Shown here: piece by piece, positions 27,574 to 37,634 of the stretch | Layout of the letters: each line of letters starts with the position of its first letter | Numbering within the stretch: position 1 is the first letter of the stretch | Source: an uncultured Clostridium sp. | GTDB lineage: Bacteria; Bacillota; Clostridia; TANB77; CAG-508 | NCBI GenBank assembly: GCA_945919455.1 | Contig: CAMEJH010000001.1 | Location: 20,184-84,183 of the forward strand | Length of the DNA: 64,000 nt | Direction of reading: 5' to 3' | The notes under the pieces: model-generated | Told to the model about the DNA's origin: nothing | The model's input: only the letters and a program-made list of their open reading frames with translations | The model's database searches: none | Translations under genes and position numbers: made by a program

Positions 27574-28869
27574 ATGAGTAAAAAACAAGAAGAATTTGTT
27601 ATTGAGATTAAAGATTTAGTAAAAAAATATAAAATGTTTGATAGGAAACAAGATAGATTAATAGAAACTATATTTCCTAAAATAGTTAAACATAAAGACT
27701 TTACTGCAATGAATCATTTGAATCTAACAGTAAAAAAGGGAGAAGTATTAGGAATACTTGGAAAAAATGGATCAGGAAAGTCAACTTTATTAAAAATGGT
27801 AACAGGAGTAGTAGCACCAACTTCAGGAACTTTAAATGTAAAAGGAAAAATAAGTTCATTACTAGAGCTTGGTGCAGCATTTAATGCAGAACTTACAGGA
27901 GAAGAAAATATATATCAACATGGACAAGTAATGGGTTTAACACAAGAAGAAATAGAAGCTACAAAGCAAGATATAATAGATTTTGCAGATATTGGAGATC
28001 ATTTATATCAGCCAGTAAAAACTTATTCTTCAGGAATGTTTGCAAGATTAGCTTTTGCATGTGCCATAAATGTTGATCCAGATATTTTAATTGTTGATGA
28101 AGTTTTATCAGTTGGAGATATGGCTTTTCAACTAAAATGTTTTAAAAAATTTCAAGAATTTAAAGAAAGAGGAAAAACAATATTATTTGTTACACACAAT
28201 GTAGGTGATGTATTAGATAATTGTAGTAGAGTAATAATATTAAATTCAGGAGAAAAAATTTTTGACGGAGAAACCAAAGAAGGGGTTGAGACTTACAAAA
28301 AATTGATAACAGGAATGTTAAACTCTAAATTAGAAAAAGAAGAAAATAAAGAAGAAATACAGAAAAATTTATGGAAAAGTAATTTTAATTTAAATCCTAA
28401 TATGATAACATATGGCAATGGTGATGCAGAGATATATGATTTTGGAATATTTAATAGTCAAGAAGATTTCGAGACAATGATTGATAATGATGATGAAATT
28501 GCAATAAGATTAAAAGTTAAATTTAATAATGATGTTGAATGCCCTACATTTTCAATGACTATAAAAGATTTTATAGGAAAGGAAATATGTGGAACTAATA
28601 CAAATATACAAAAAATTTATACTGGTAAATGTGAAAAAGGTAAAGAATATATGTGTGAATTTAAACAAAAAATGAGACTATCACCAGGAAAGTACACTTT
28701 ATCTTTAAGTTGTAGCAAATATGATGCTGATGGTAATTTAATACCAATAAATAGAAATTATGATGCATTAATATTTGAAGTAATGTCAAAAAAACCAGTT
28801 GTAGGATATTATGAACTTGATACAAAAATAAAATTTGAATCTTTAGAAAAAGGAGGAAATGCTAATTAA
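27574..28869 (+). CDS. Polysaccharide export ABC ATPase with C-terminal glycan-binding-like domain (Wzt/TagH/RgpD-like)
   Basis: Walker A GKNGSGKST, signature YSSGMFARL, Walker B ILIVDE. An extra ~170-aa beta-rich C-terminal domain (..GDAEIYDFGIFN..IAIRLKVKFNNDV..) sits where Wzt carbohydrate-binding modules are found. Confidence 0.85.
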   Translation: MSKKQEEFVIEIKDLVKKYKMFDRKQDRLIETIFPKIVKHKDFTAMNHLNLTVKKGEVLGILGKNGSGKSTLLKMVTGVVAPTSGTLNVKGKISSLLELGAAFNAELTGEENIYQHGQVMGLTQEEIEATKQDIIDFADIGDHLYQPVKTYSSGMFARLAFACAINVDPDILIVDEVLSVGDMAFQLKCFKKFQEFKERGKTILFVTHNVGDVLDNCSRVIILNSGEKIFDGETKEGVETYKKLITGMLNSKLEKEENKEEIQKNLWKSNFNLNPNMITYGNGDAEIYDFGIFNSQEDFETMIDNDDEIAIRLKVKFNNDVECPTFSMTIKDFIGKEICGTNTNIQKIYTGKCEKGKEYMCEFKQKMRLSPGKYTLSLSCSKYDADGNLIPINRNYDALIFEVMSKKPVVGYYELDTKIKFESLEKGGNAN

Positions 28870-28892
28870 TATTATTAGCATATACTAACAAA

Positions 28893-30140
28893 ATGAAAGA
28901 AGAGTTACACTTATTCATAATATGGCAGAATGGTAGAGAAAAGCAAGAAGAAATATTACAAGATATAAAAGAAAACTTTAAAATTATAAAATTATATGAA
29001 GTAGAATGGGATAAAGAAAAATTTTCTAATAATTTATCAAGATTTTATGGAACAAATCTTCCTAAAGGAAGCGGAAAAGAAGTTAGATGCGGAAATGGAA
29101 AATTTCTTTTAGTAATTTTAAAAGATTTGAATCCAATTTACAAAGAAAGAGAAACAAGCAAAGGTAAAAAAATAGTTAATATAAACATGTTTGACAAAAA
29201 AGAACAATATAGACAAATTACAGGTAAAGATGATAAAGTGCATGGAACAAACAGCGAAATAGAGACAAATCATGATTTGACATTATTATTAGGAAAAAAT
29301 ATAGAAGATTTTCTGAAAGAAAATAATAATGATTGGGATGGAAAAATAGAACAAATTTCAATTAATCTATTTGGAGAACCACAATGGAATACAGTAAAAG
29401 AAATGTTTTATGCTTTAAATAATTGCTTGAATTATGCTGTATTAAGAAATCATGAATCATTACCTAATGAAATATATGAGAATGATCATAATGATATAGA
29501 TATAATTTGTGAATCATTAGAAGATGCTGCATATGTGTTAAATGCAACTCCAGTGTTTGAAGAAAAATATAGAGTACATTATAAAACAGAAGTAGAAGGA
29601 AGAATAGCTTATTTTGATTTAAGACATATAGGTGACAATTATTATTATGAAAAATTAGAAAAAGACATACTAAAACATAGAGTTTTTAATGAAAAAGGAT
29701 TTTATACATTAAGTAAAGACGATTATTTTTATACTTTATTATACCATGCATTAATTCATAAACCAGTTTTTAAAGAAGATTACAAACAAAAATTAATGAA
29801 TATGGGTGTTGAAAATGTCAATATGGAAACATCTATAGAGGAATATTCTAAAATATTGAAAAATTGGATGAAAAAAAATGAATATATAATGGTAGATCCA
29901 GAAGACCAAACTGTACCACTAAATCCAAGAAATACACCATATTTTAGACCAATGATATATAAAGGAATAGAAGAACAATTAAAAATTAATGAATTACAAT
30001 TAGAAAATGAAAATTTAAAAGCTGAAGTTAGTAGATTAAAAACAATAATTGAGGGAATAGAAGATTCGAGAGCTTGGAAATTAACAAAACCTTTAAGAAG
30101 TATTAGAAAAAAGATAAGAGGTAATAATGGAACAAATTGA
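28893..30140 (+). CDS. Two-domain hypothetical protein with C-terminal coiled coil; candidate glycan chain-terminating/regulating enzyme
   Basis: The central motif YAVLRNHESLPNEIYENDHNDIDIIC resembles nucleotidyltransferase-fold proteins. The N-terminal ..KVHGTNSEIET.. is faintly NDK-like. The C-terminus NELQLENENLKAEVSRLKTIIEGIEDSRAWKLTKPLRSIRKKI is a coiled coil plus an S-x-x-W-x-x-T-x-P-L-R tail. Confidence 0.45.
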   Translation: MKEELHLFIIWQNGREKQEEILQDIKENFKIIKLYEVEWDKEKFSNNLSRFYGTNLPKGSGKEVRCGNGKFLLVILKDLNPIYKERETSKGKKIVNINMFDKKEQYRQITGKDDKVHGTNSEIETNHDLTLLLGKNIEDFLKENNNDWDGKIEQISINLFGEPQWNTVKEMFYALNNCLNYAVLRNHESLPNEIYENDHNDIDIICESLEDAAYVLNATPVFEEKYRVHYKTEVEGRIAYFDLRHIGDNYYYEKLEKDILKHRVFNEKGFYTLSKDDYFYTLLYHALIHKPVFKEDYKQKLMNMGVENVNMETSIEEYSKILKNWMKKNEYIMVDPEDQTVPLNPRNTPYFRPMIYKGIEEQLKINELQLENENLKAEVSRLKTIIEGIEDSRAWKLTKPLRSIRKKIRGNNGTN

Positions 30141-31116
30141 TATTTTAATGGCAACATATAATTCAGAAAAATATATAAGAGAACAAATTGAAAGTATCCT
30201 TAATCAGACATATTCAAACTTTAAATTAATAATTTCTGATGACTGTTCAAACGATTCAACAAGAGAAATATTAAAAGAATATGCTAAAAAAGATAGTAGA
30301 ATTAATGTATTTTTACAAGAAAAAAATCTTGGATATGTAAGCAATTTTGAATTTTTGTTATCTAAAATTCAAAATAAGGTTTATATGTTATCTGATCATG
30401 ATGATGTTTGGCTTCCAGAAAAAGTAGAACACACATATAAGAAATTATGTGATACAAATTCAGACTTAGTATTTACAGACTTAGAAGTTGTAGATGAAAA
30501 CTTAAAAACAATGTATCCATCATTTAATGATTATATGAAACTTTCAAGAAAAATAAAAAAGTTCAAAAAAGATTATAGGCTACAATATTTATATAATTGT
30601 GTGACTGGTTGTACCTTAATGGCAAGAAACAAATTTTTAGACAAAATATTGCCATTACCAAGAGATTCTAAATATGTAATTCATGATACTTGGATAGGAT
30701 TAGTACATTCATTATATGGTAAAGTAGAATATTTGAATGAAAAAACAATAAAGTATAGACAACATGGAAATAATCAAGTAGGAACAGAAAAAATATCACA
30801 TAAATTTACTAGATTAGATGATGTGCGAAATTTATTTATAGATGTAAAACTACAATTATTCCAGACATATGTAAATCATGAGGAGATATTCCCAGAAAAT
30901 TTAAAAAAACAGAACCAAAAAGCTTTAAATTATTTTAAAGATATACAAAATAAAAAGCAAATAAACTTTAAAAATTGGTCAGCATTTCATATGTTGTATA
31001 AAAATGAAACAATAATGTATTATTTAGAAAATTTTATAATTATGAATTTGCCAATAATAGGAAGAATCTTATTTAAAATAAGACATTTAATACTAAAAGT
31101 ACTAGGAAAGAGGTAA
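30127..31116 (+). CDS. Glycosyltransferase family 2 (paralog of 25738-26766)
   Basis: DILMATYNSEKYIREQIESILNQTY..ISDDCSNDST..NLGYVSNFEFLL..LSDHDDVW. Confidence 0.75.
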   Translation: MEQIDILMATYNSEKYIREQIESILNQTYSNFKLIISDDCSNDSTREILKEYAKKDSRINVFLQEKNLGYVSNFEFLLSKIQNKVYMLSDHDDVWLPEKVEHTYKKLCDTNSDLVFTDLEVVDENLKTMYPSFNDYMKLSRKIKKFKKDYRLQYLYNCVTGCTLMARNKFLDKILPLPRDSKYVIHDTWIGLVHSLYGKVEYLNEKTIKYRQHGNNQVGTEKISHKFTRLDDVRNLFIDVKLQLFQTYVNHEEIFPENLKKQNQKALNYFKDIQNKKQINFKNWSAFHMLYKNETIMYYLENFIIMNLPIIGRILFKIRHLILKVLGKR

Positions 31117-31136
31117 AAATTAAGAAAGGGGAAAAT

Positions 31137-32894
31137 ATGTTAAAAGTAGATAAAAGTTTTTATCAAACAGATAACGACTATAACAGAGATATTTACGGAG
31201 AATATGAACAAGAGATAAAAGACTATATAGATAAATACAAAATAGAAGATTATAGCCAAATTATAATGCAAGATAAACGAACTAATATTGTGTCTGTTTT
31301 TTCAGAAATGAGATCTAATATTATAAAATGGTATCCTTTTGATAAAAATAAAAATGTGTTAGAAATAGGTGCAAATTATGGAGAAATAACATATGAACTA
31401 TCAAAGAGATGCAAAGAGGTAACTGCCATTGAATTTTCAGAAAAAAAAGTTGAATGCATATCAAAAAGACTAGAAGAAACAGAAAATGTACAAGTTATTC
31501 TTTGTAGCCAATTAAAAAATACAAATTTACAAAAAAAATATGATTACATAACATTAATAGGAATTTCTGAATATGCAAATAAAATAGGTTTTAACGATTT
31601 AGAAGATATGTTAAAATGGGCAAAAGAATATTTAACAGAGAATGGAAAAATACTTTTAGCATTAGATAATAAATTTGGAGTAAAATATTTAGCTGGTTCT
31701 ACTAGAAATAAAGATGAAGAAAAGTTTGCAAATTATAGAGAACACATCCATAAAGATTACCAGCTTTATGGAAAAGGCGAATTGGAAAAAATTTTAAAAA
31801 ATATAGAAGGGATAAATTATAAGTTTTATTATCCAGTTCCTAATTATAATTTAACACATCTTATATATACAGATAATTATTTGCCACAAAAAAGTAGATA
31901 TAATATTTATTATAGAGAAGATGAAGAAATTTTATTTGAAGAATTATCATTTTTAAAAGAAGCAATAAAAAATGATAAATTTGACTTTTTTACAAATAGT
32001 TATTTAATAGAAATATCAAAAAATGATCTTTCTAATATTTGTTTTGTAAATTATAGCAATATGAGAAAAAAAGAATATAAAATAATTACTCAAATAGCAA
32101 CAGATAAAGTAACAAAACAAGCATACAGAGAGGAAGGCCAAAATCATATTATACAAATACAGAAAAATATAAGTAGGTTAAAAGAATTAGGATTTTCTGT
32201 GTGTGAAAAATATGAAGAAGACAAAATATTAAGCCCATATATTTTAAAACCTACAATGGATGAATATTTAAGAAAACTATTAATAGATGACAAAAAACAG
32301 GAATTTTTAGATGAATTAGACAAATGGTTTTATTATATTAAAAATAAAATTCCTAAAGCAAATAGTGAAAATACAATATTTGAAAAATATAAAATACAGA
32401 TAGACGATAAAAACAAATTAACTTTTTTACAAGATGGATTTATAGATTTAATATTTCAAAATGTATTTTATGATGGTAGCGAATACATTTTGTTTGACCA
32501 AGAATGGTATGAAGAATCATTACCACTAGAATTTATAATGTATAGATCTATAAAACAACTATTTTTCTTACATAGAGAACTAGAAAAGAAAATAAAAAAA
32601 GAAGAAATTTACTCAAAATATAATTTAGAAAGTTATATTGAAGTATTTGAAAAATTAGAAGAAGCTTGGCAAGAACAATTAGTAGACGAAGAAATATTAA
32701 AATTCTATTCTGAAAAGTGGAGTAGAATTATTAGTGTAGAAGATATAAAATTTAAAAATAACCAAGAACTAGGTAAAGTTTATTTAGAAAAAGACAATTT
32801 ACAAAAGGAAAAGAATGAAATACAAAAAGAATTAAATGAATTAAAAAACGGAAGTAGATTTTATAGATGGACAAGAATTTTTAAAAAAGGATGA
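31137..32894 (+). CDS. SAM-dependent methyltransferase fused to a kinase-like/unknown region and a C-terminal coiled coil (WbdD-like candidate)
   Basis: Motif I VLEIGANYGEITYELSKRCKEVTAIEFS. A long C-terminal extension ends LEKDNLQKEKNEIQKELNELKNGSRFYRWTRIFKKG. Confidence 0.6.
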   Translation: MLKVDKSFYQTDNDYNRDIYGEYEQEIKDYIDKYKIEDYSQIIMQDKRTNIVSVFSEMRSNIIKWYPFDKNKNVLEIGANYGEITYELSKRCKEVTAIEFSEKKVECISKRLEETENVQVILCSQLKNTNLQKKYDYITLIGISEYANKIGFNDLEDMLKWAKEYLTENGKILLALDNKFGVKYLAGSTRNKDEEKFANYREHIHKDYQLYGKGELEKILKNIEGINYKFYYPVPNYNLTHLIYTDNYLPQKSRYNIYYREDEEILFEELSFLKEAIKNDKFDFFTNSYLIEISKNDLSNICFVNYSNMRKKEYKIITQIATDKVTKQAYREEGQNHIIQIQKNISRLKELGFSVCEKYEEDKILSPYILKPTMDEYLRKLLIDDKKQEFLDELDKWFYYIKNKIPKANSENTIFEKYKIQIDDKNKLTFLQDGFIDLIFQNVFYDGSEYILFDQEWYEESLPLEFIMYRSIKQLFFLHRELEKKIKKEEIYSKYNLESYIEVFEKLEEAWQEQLVDEEILKFYSEKWSRIISVEDIKFKNNQELGKVYLEKDNLQKEKNEIQKELNELKNGSRFYRWTRIFKKG

Positions 32895-32900
32895 GATAAG

Positions 32901-34871
32901 ATGAATAAATTAATTTCAGTAATAATTCCATGCTACAATATAGACAAGTATATTGAAAAATGCATAGAATCAATAGTAAAACAAACATACAAAAATATAG
33001 AAATTATTGCAGTAGATGATTGCTCTACAGACAATACCATGGAGGTATTAAAAAAATTGGAAGAAAAATATTCTAATTTGCAAGTATACCAAAATGACAA
33101 AAACATGGGAGCCGCATATGCAAGAAATTTTGCTATAAAAAAAGCAAAAGGAGAATATATAGGTTTTGTTGATTCTGATGATTATATCACAGAAGACTAT
33201 TATGAAAAGTTGATTGAAACAGCAGAAAAAGAAAATGCTGATATTGTAACAACAGATATTGAAATTATATATGAAGATAATATACAATCACCAATATTAT
33301 CAAAAGCTTGTAATGGTGAGGTTAATAAATTTAATTTAGTTAATAATGGACTTGCAGCATCTCCATGCAATAAAATATTCAAAAAGGAATTAATAGAGAA
33401 ATATCCTTTTTTAGAAGGAAAAATAAATGAAGATGTAGCGTCTATTTTACCTGCTGTAGTAAAGGCTAAAAAGGTTGCATATATTGATGGTATTAAGTAT
33501 TTTTATGTTCAGAGAAAAGACTCTGTACAAAATGAAGAAGTTACATTAAAAAGATTAGAAATGTTCGATTCTATAGATATTTGTTTTGAACGAATTAAAG
33601 GTGAGGAAAACTATGAAAAATATAAAGAAGCAATTTTATATCAACAAGTAATTCTATTATATATGGTAATTATACCAAAACAGAAAGATTATGAAAAAAG
33701 AGAAGAATTACTAAAAGAATTTATGAAAAAGCAAGAAAAATATGAATTATATAAGAACAAATATATAAAACAATTTATAAAAGAACAGCCTAAAAAAGAA
33801 AGACAATTTTATAAAAAACTTGCTTCATATTTAAAGACAGGAGATGTAGTTCTAGCAAACGAAACAATAGAAAACAAAGATGCGATGAATAAGACAAAAG
33901 AAAAGATGAAAGATATAATAAGAAAGATAACAAAAAGAACAGTTATAAGAAGATATATAGAAGTTGAAGATATAGAAAAATTAGCTAAAAAACAATCAAA
34001 AAAGAAAGATAGTAGCATAAAAATATCTGTTGTAATACCTAATTATAATTATGAAAAATTTTTCTTAACTCGTATATATAGTATACTAGCACAAACCGAA
34101 AAAATATATGAGGTAATAATATTAGATGATTGCTCAAAAGATAATAGTAGAATTTTAATTGACAAAGTAGTAGAAAAAATATCACCATATATGAATGTGC
34201 AAAAAGTATACAATGAAACTAATTCCGGATGTGCATTTAAACAATGGAAAAAGGGATTTGAACTAGCAAAAGGTGATTATGTATGGATTGCAGAAGCAGA
34301 TGATTGCTGTGATAAAACTTTATTAAAAAATATAATAAAGCCTATAAAACAAGATCCTAATATATATATATCATATGCAGATACAGCATTTATTAATGCT
34401 TGGGATAAGATTATATTACCAACAATAAAACCAGAAATAGATATAAGAAAAACTAACCATTGGGAAAGTGATTTTCTTGATAATGGATTAGAAGAAATTG
34501 AAAAATATACTTTCTTAAATTGTATTATAGCAAATGTATCATCTTGTATTATAAAAAGAGATAATTATGATGACATTTTTGAGAAAATAATTGATTATAA
34601 ACAAGCAGGAGATTGGCTATTTTATGTAAGTGTAATGAAAAAAGGTGATATAGCTTTTTGCAATAAGCCATTAAATTATTACAGACTACATGGAAACAAT
34701 GTTACAAGTGTAACAAAAAAACAAAGACATTTTGATGAAATAGTAAAAATTCATGGAGAAATTAGAAAAATGATAAAAATGACAGAATGGCATGAGGAAG
34801 AAATACAAAAGAGATATGCTTTCTTAAAGAAAGTATGGAATTTAGAGGAGGATAGTAATGAAAAAAATTAA
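32901..34871 (+). CDS. Bifunctional glycosyltransferase with two GT2 domains
   Basis: First domain: ISVIIPCYNIDKYI..AVDDCSTDNT..FVDSDD. Second domain: ISVVIPNYNYEKFF..ILDDCSKDNS..IAEADD. Confidence 0.8.
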   Translation: MNKLISVIIPCYNIDKYIEKCIESIVKQTYKNIEIIAVDDCSTDNTMEVLKKLEEKYSNLQVYQNDKNMGAAYARNFAIKKAKGEYIGFVDSDDYITEDYYEKLIETAEKENADIVTTDIEIIYEDNIQSPILSKACNGEVNKFNLVNNGLAASPCNKIFKKELIEKYPFLEGKINEDVASILPAVVKAKKVAYIDGIKYFYVQRKDSVQNEEVTLKRLEMFDSIDICFERIKGEENYEKYKEAILYQQVILLYMVIIPKQKDYEKREELLKEFMKKQEKYELYKNKYIKQFIKEQPKKERQFYKKLASYLKTGDVVLANETIENKDAMNKTKEKMKDIIRKITKRTVIRRYIEVEDIEKLAKKQSKKKDSSIKISVVIPNYNYEKFFLTRIYSILAQTEKIYEVIILDDCSKDNSRILIDKVVEKISPYMNVQKVYNETNSGCAFKQWKKGFELAKGDYVWIAEADDCCDKTLLKNIIKPIKQDPNIYISYADTAFINAWDKIILPTIKPEIDIRKTNHWESDFLDNGLEEIEKYTFLNCIIANVSSCIIKRDNYDDIFEKIIDYKQAGDWLFYVSVMKKGDIAFCNKPLNYYRLHGNNVTSVTKKQRHFDEIVKIHGEIRKMIKMTEWHEEEIQKRYAFLKKVWNLEEDSNEKN

Positions 34872-36696
34872 TTTTAGTTTTTTCATATTATTAATATTAC
34901 TTATACAAGTAATCTTTACAGATACAATAATATATTTTACAGGATTAGGATATATAATAGCAAATGTAATAGGCTTAGTTTTTAATGTAGCATTAATAAT
35001 ACTTTTTATAAAGAAGAAATGGATAAAAATAAAATCTGATTTTTGCAAATGGGATATAATTTTTCTTGTAATTATGTTAGTTTTTACAGCTGCTACAATA
35101 ATATTTCCAGATGAATTTTGGGATTCTTATAGTTATCACTTATATTTACAAGAAGAGCCATTTGCGGATAAAATAAACGAGGACTTTTTTCCAGGAAGAA
35201 CATTAACATCATTTGTTTTTCCTATTGCTGATAGAGTCTTTTGTATGTTCCGTTCTTTACTAGGCTTTAGACTAGGGACATTACCTGGATATTTAATATT
35301 AATAGTAATGTTTTATCAAATAAAGAAAATATTAAAACAACTATTAAAAAAAGAAACTAAAGACATGTATATATCAATATTATCTATGTTACCATTAGGA
35401 ACATTTATAATATTGCAACAAACTGGTACATATTATATTGATAATTTTTCAATAGTTATCTTATTAGAGTTTATGTATATTGCATTGTGTGAAGTTGATG
35501 GAATATTTAAAGAGAAATTACGATTATATTATTTAGCTTTGATAGTAGGAATAGGTGTATGCATTAAAATAACCAATGCAATATATATGATCGGACCATT
35601 AGTATATGTATTAATAAAGAACTTTAAAGATATAAAACAAATAAAATGGTATGATTATATTTTACTTGTAATTACAGCATTTTTACCAATGCTACCATAT
35701 TTTTTAGATGCAGTTATACAAACAGGAAGTCCAGTATTTCCATATTATAATACAATTTTTAAATCAGAATATTTTGCTGAAGAAAATTGGCTAGATAATA
35801 GGTATGGACCTAAAAATATAATTCAATTTTTATTATGGCCTATATATATAATAAAACATCCACAAAAAGCATATGAAGTAGGAAAAACAGATTTTGCCTT
35901 TGCTAGTGGATATATTATAGTAATATTATGTATAATGTATGCAACATATAAAAAAGTGATAAAAAAGGAAAAAGTAAAATTAGATATAAACTTAATATAT
36001 GTAATAAACTTATTATATTTATACTTAGTATGGGAAAAATTTGTTATAGGATATACTAGATATGCAGGCATAATTATAGTATTAGCTACAATATTTATTA
36101 TAAAAATATTTTTGGACAGTATTGAAAAACAAAAAATTATAGAAATATTAGTATTAGCAGGAATATTATGTGGGACAGCATACCAAGGAATTTATCAATA
36201 CATATATTATGGACCAGCATATAATTATTATGCAGCTTTACAAGGAAATGTAGTTGCAAAAGATTTAATTAAAAGCAACATTAAAAAAGTATTTAAAGAT
36301 AAGATTAATATAAGATATGATATTGATGGAATATGGGGAGTTATATATGATGATAGTGCTGTACCAATGCTTTTAAATGAAGATGATAGAATAGTGCATT
36401 TAGAGTATGGTATAAAAACTGGAAACTCAGAAAAGTCTCAAAATCTATATTGGAAAAATGTATTAGAAAATAATATATATGTTCCGTTATACAATCTAAA
36501 GTTAGATGGTAAATTACAGGAGTTTGATAGATTCCATTTTGAAGTAGTAGAAATTGTAGATGTTATTACAAATGCAAATTTCTTAAAGGATGACGGAGTT
36601 ATTTATATAGTAAAAATAAAATACAATGAAAATATATCAAGTGGAAACAAAGAAATTTTTGAAAGATTGCAAAAAGAAATTGTAAAAGAAAAATAG
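34858..36696 (+). CDS. Large polytopic membrane protein (possible GT-C-fold glycosyltransferase/polymerase)
   Basis: GAGGAGG RBS. More than 10 hydrophobic segments and a soluble C-terminal ~150 aa. No signature I can name. Confidence 0.4.
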   Translation: MKKINFSFFILLILLIQVIFTDTIIYFTGLGYIIANVIGLVFNVALIILFIKKKWIKIKSDFCKWDIIFLVIMLVFTAATIIFPDEFWDSYSYHLYLQEEPFADKINEDFFPGRTLTSFVFPIADRVFCMFRSLLGFRLGTLPGYLILIVMFYQIKKILKQLLKKETKDMYISILSMLPLGTFIILQQTGTYYIDNFSIVILLEFMYIALCEVDGIFKEKLRLYYLALIVGIGVCIKITNAIYMIGPLVYVLIKNFKDIKQIKWYDYILLVITAFLPMLPYFLDAVIQTGSPVFPYYNTIFKSEYFAEENWLDNRYGPKNIIQFLLWPIYIIKHPQKAYEVGKTDFAFASGYIIVILCIMYATYKKVIKKEKVKLDINLIYVINLLYLYLVWEKFVIGYTRYAGIIIVLATIFIIKIFLDSIEKQKIIEILVLAGILCGTAYQGIYQYIYYGPAYNYYAALQGNVVAKDLIKSNIKKVFKDKINIRYDIDGIWGVIYDDSAVPMLLNEDDRIVHLEYGIKTGNSEKSQNLYWKNVLENNIYVPLYNLKLDGKLQEFDRFHFEVVEIVDVITNANFLKDDGVIYIVKIKYNENISSGNKEIFERLQKEIVKEK

Positions 36697-36706
36697 GAGG
36701 AAAAAA

Positions 36707-37633
36707 ATGAGAAGTAAAATAGCAATATTAATACCTTGCTACAATGAAAGTAAAACGATAGAAAAAGTAGTTAAAGACTATAAAAAGGCATTACCAGAAG
36801 CAGACATATATGTATATGACAACAATTCAACAGATGGCACAGCTGAAATAGCAAAAAAAGCTGGAGCTATAGTAAAATATGAATATAGACAAGGTAAAGG
36901 CAATGTAATTAGAAGTATGTTTAGACAGATTGATGCTGATTGCTATTTAATGGTAGATGGTGATGATACATATCCTGCAGAAGATGCTAGAAAAATGTGT
37001 GACTTAGTTTTAGAAGGAAAAGCAGATATGGTAGTAGGGGACAGATTATCTTCAACATATTTTACAGAAAATAAAAGACCATTCCACAATTTTGGAAACC
37101 GAATTGTAAGATTTTTAATAAATAAGTTATTTAAGAATAAAATAAAGGATATTATGACAGGATATAGAGCATTTAGTTATGAATTTGCAAAAACATTTCC
37201 GGTATTATCTAAAGGATTTGAAATTGAAACAGAAATGACAATACATGCAGTAGATAAAAATTTTATGATACAAGAAATGCCAGTAACATATAGAGATAGA
37301 CCAGAAGGAAGTGTATCTAAACTAAACACTTATAAAGATGGATTTAAAGTATTAAAATTAATTGCTACTTTATTTAAAGAATATAAACCATTCTTCTTCT
37401 TTAATATAGTGTCAGTAATACTTGCAATTGTATCTTTAATATTTATTATACCAGTATTTCAAGAATACTTTGCAACAGGATTAGTGTTAAGATTTCCTAC
37501 ATTAATAGTAGGAGGTTTTATAATGGTAGCAGCTATTTTGTCATTTATCTGTGGAGTTATATTAGATGTTATTGTAAAAAAACATAAACAATTATATGAG
37601 CTTATGTTAAACCAGCTAAAGAAAGAGGAGTAA
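36707..37633 (+). CDS. GT2 polyprenyl-phosphate glycosyltransferase (GtrB/ArnC/CsbB-like) with two C-terminal TM helices
   Basis: IAILIPCYNESKTIEKVV..VYDNNSTDGT..MVDGDD and C-terminal hydrophobic helices (FFFFNIVSVILAIVSLIFII.., LIVGGFIMVAAILSFICGVIL). Confidence 0.75.
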   Translation: MRSKIAILIPCYNESKTIEKVVKDYKKALPEADIYVYDNNSTDGTAEIAKKAGAIVKYEYRQGKGNVIRSMFRQIDADCYLMVDGDDTYPAEDARKMCDLVLEGKADMVVGDRLSSTYFTENKRPFHNFGNRIVRFLINKLFKNKIKDIMTGYRAFSYEFAKTFPVLSKGFEIETEMTIHAVDKNFMIQEMPVTYRDRPEGSVSKLNTYKDGFKVLKLIATLFKEYKPFFFFNIVSVILAIVSLIFIIPVFQEYFATGLVLRFPTLIVGGFIMVAAILSFICGVILDVIVKKHKQLYELMLNQLKKEE

Positions 37634-37634
37634 T

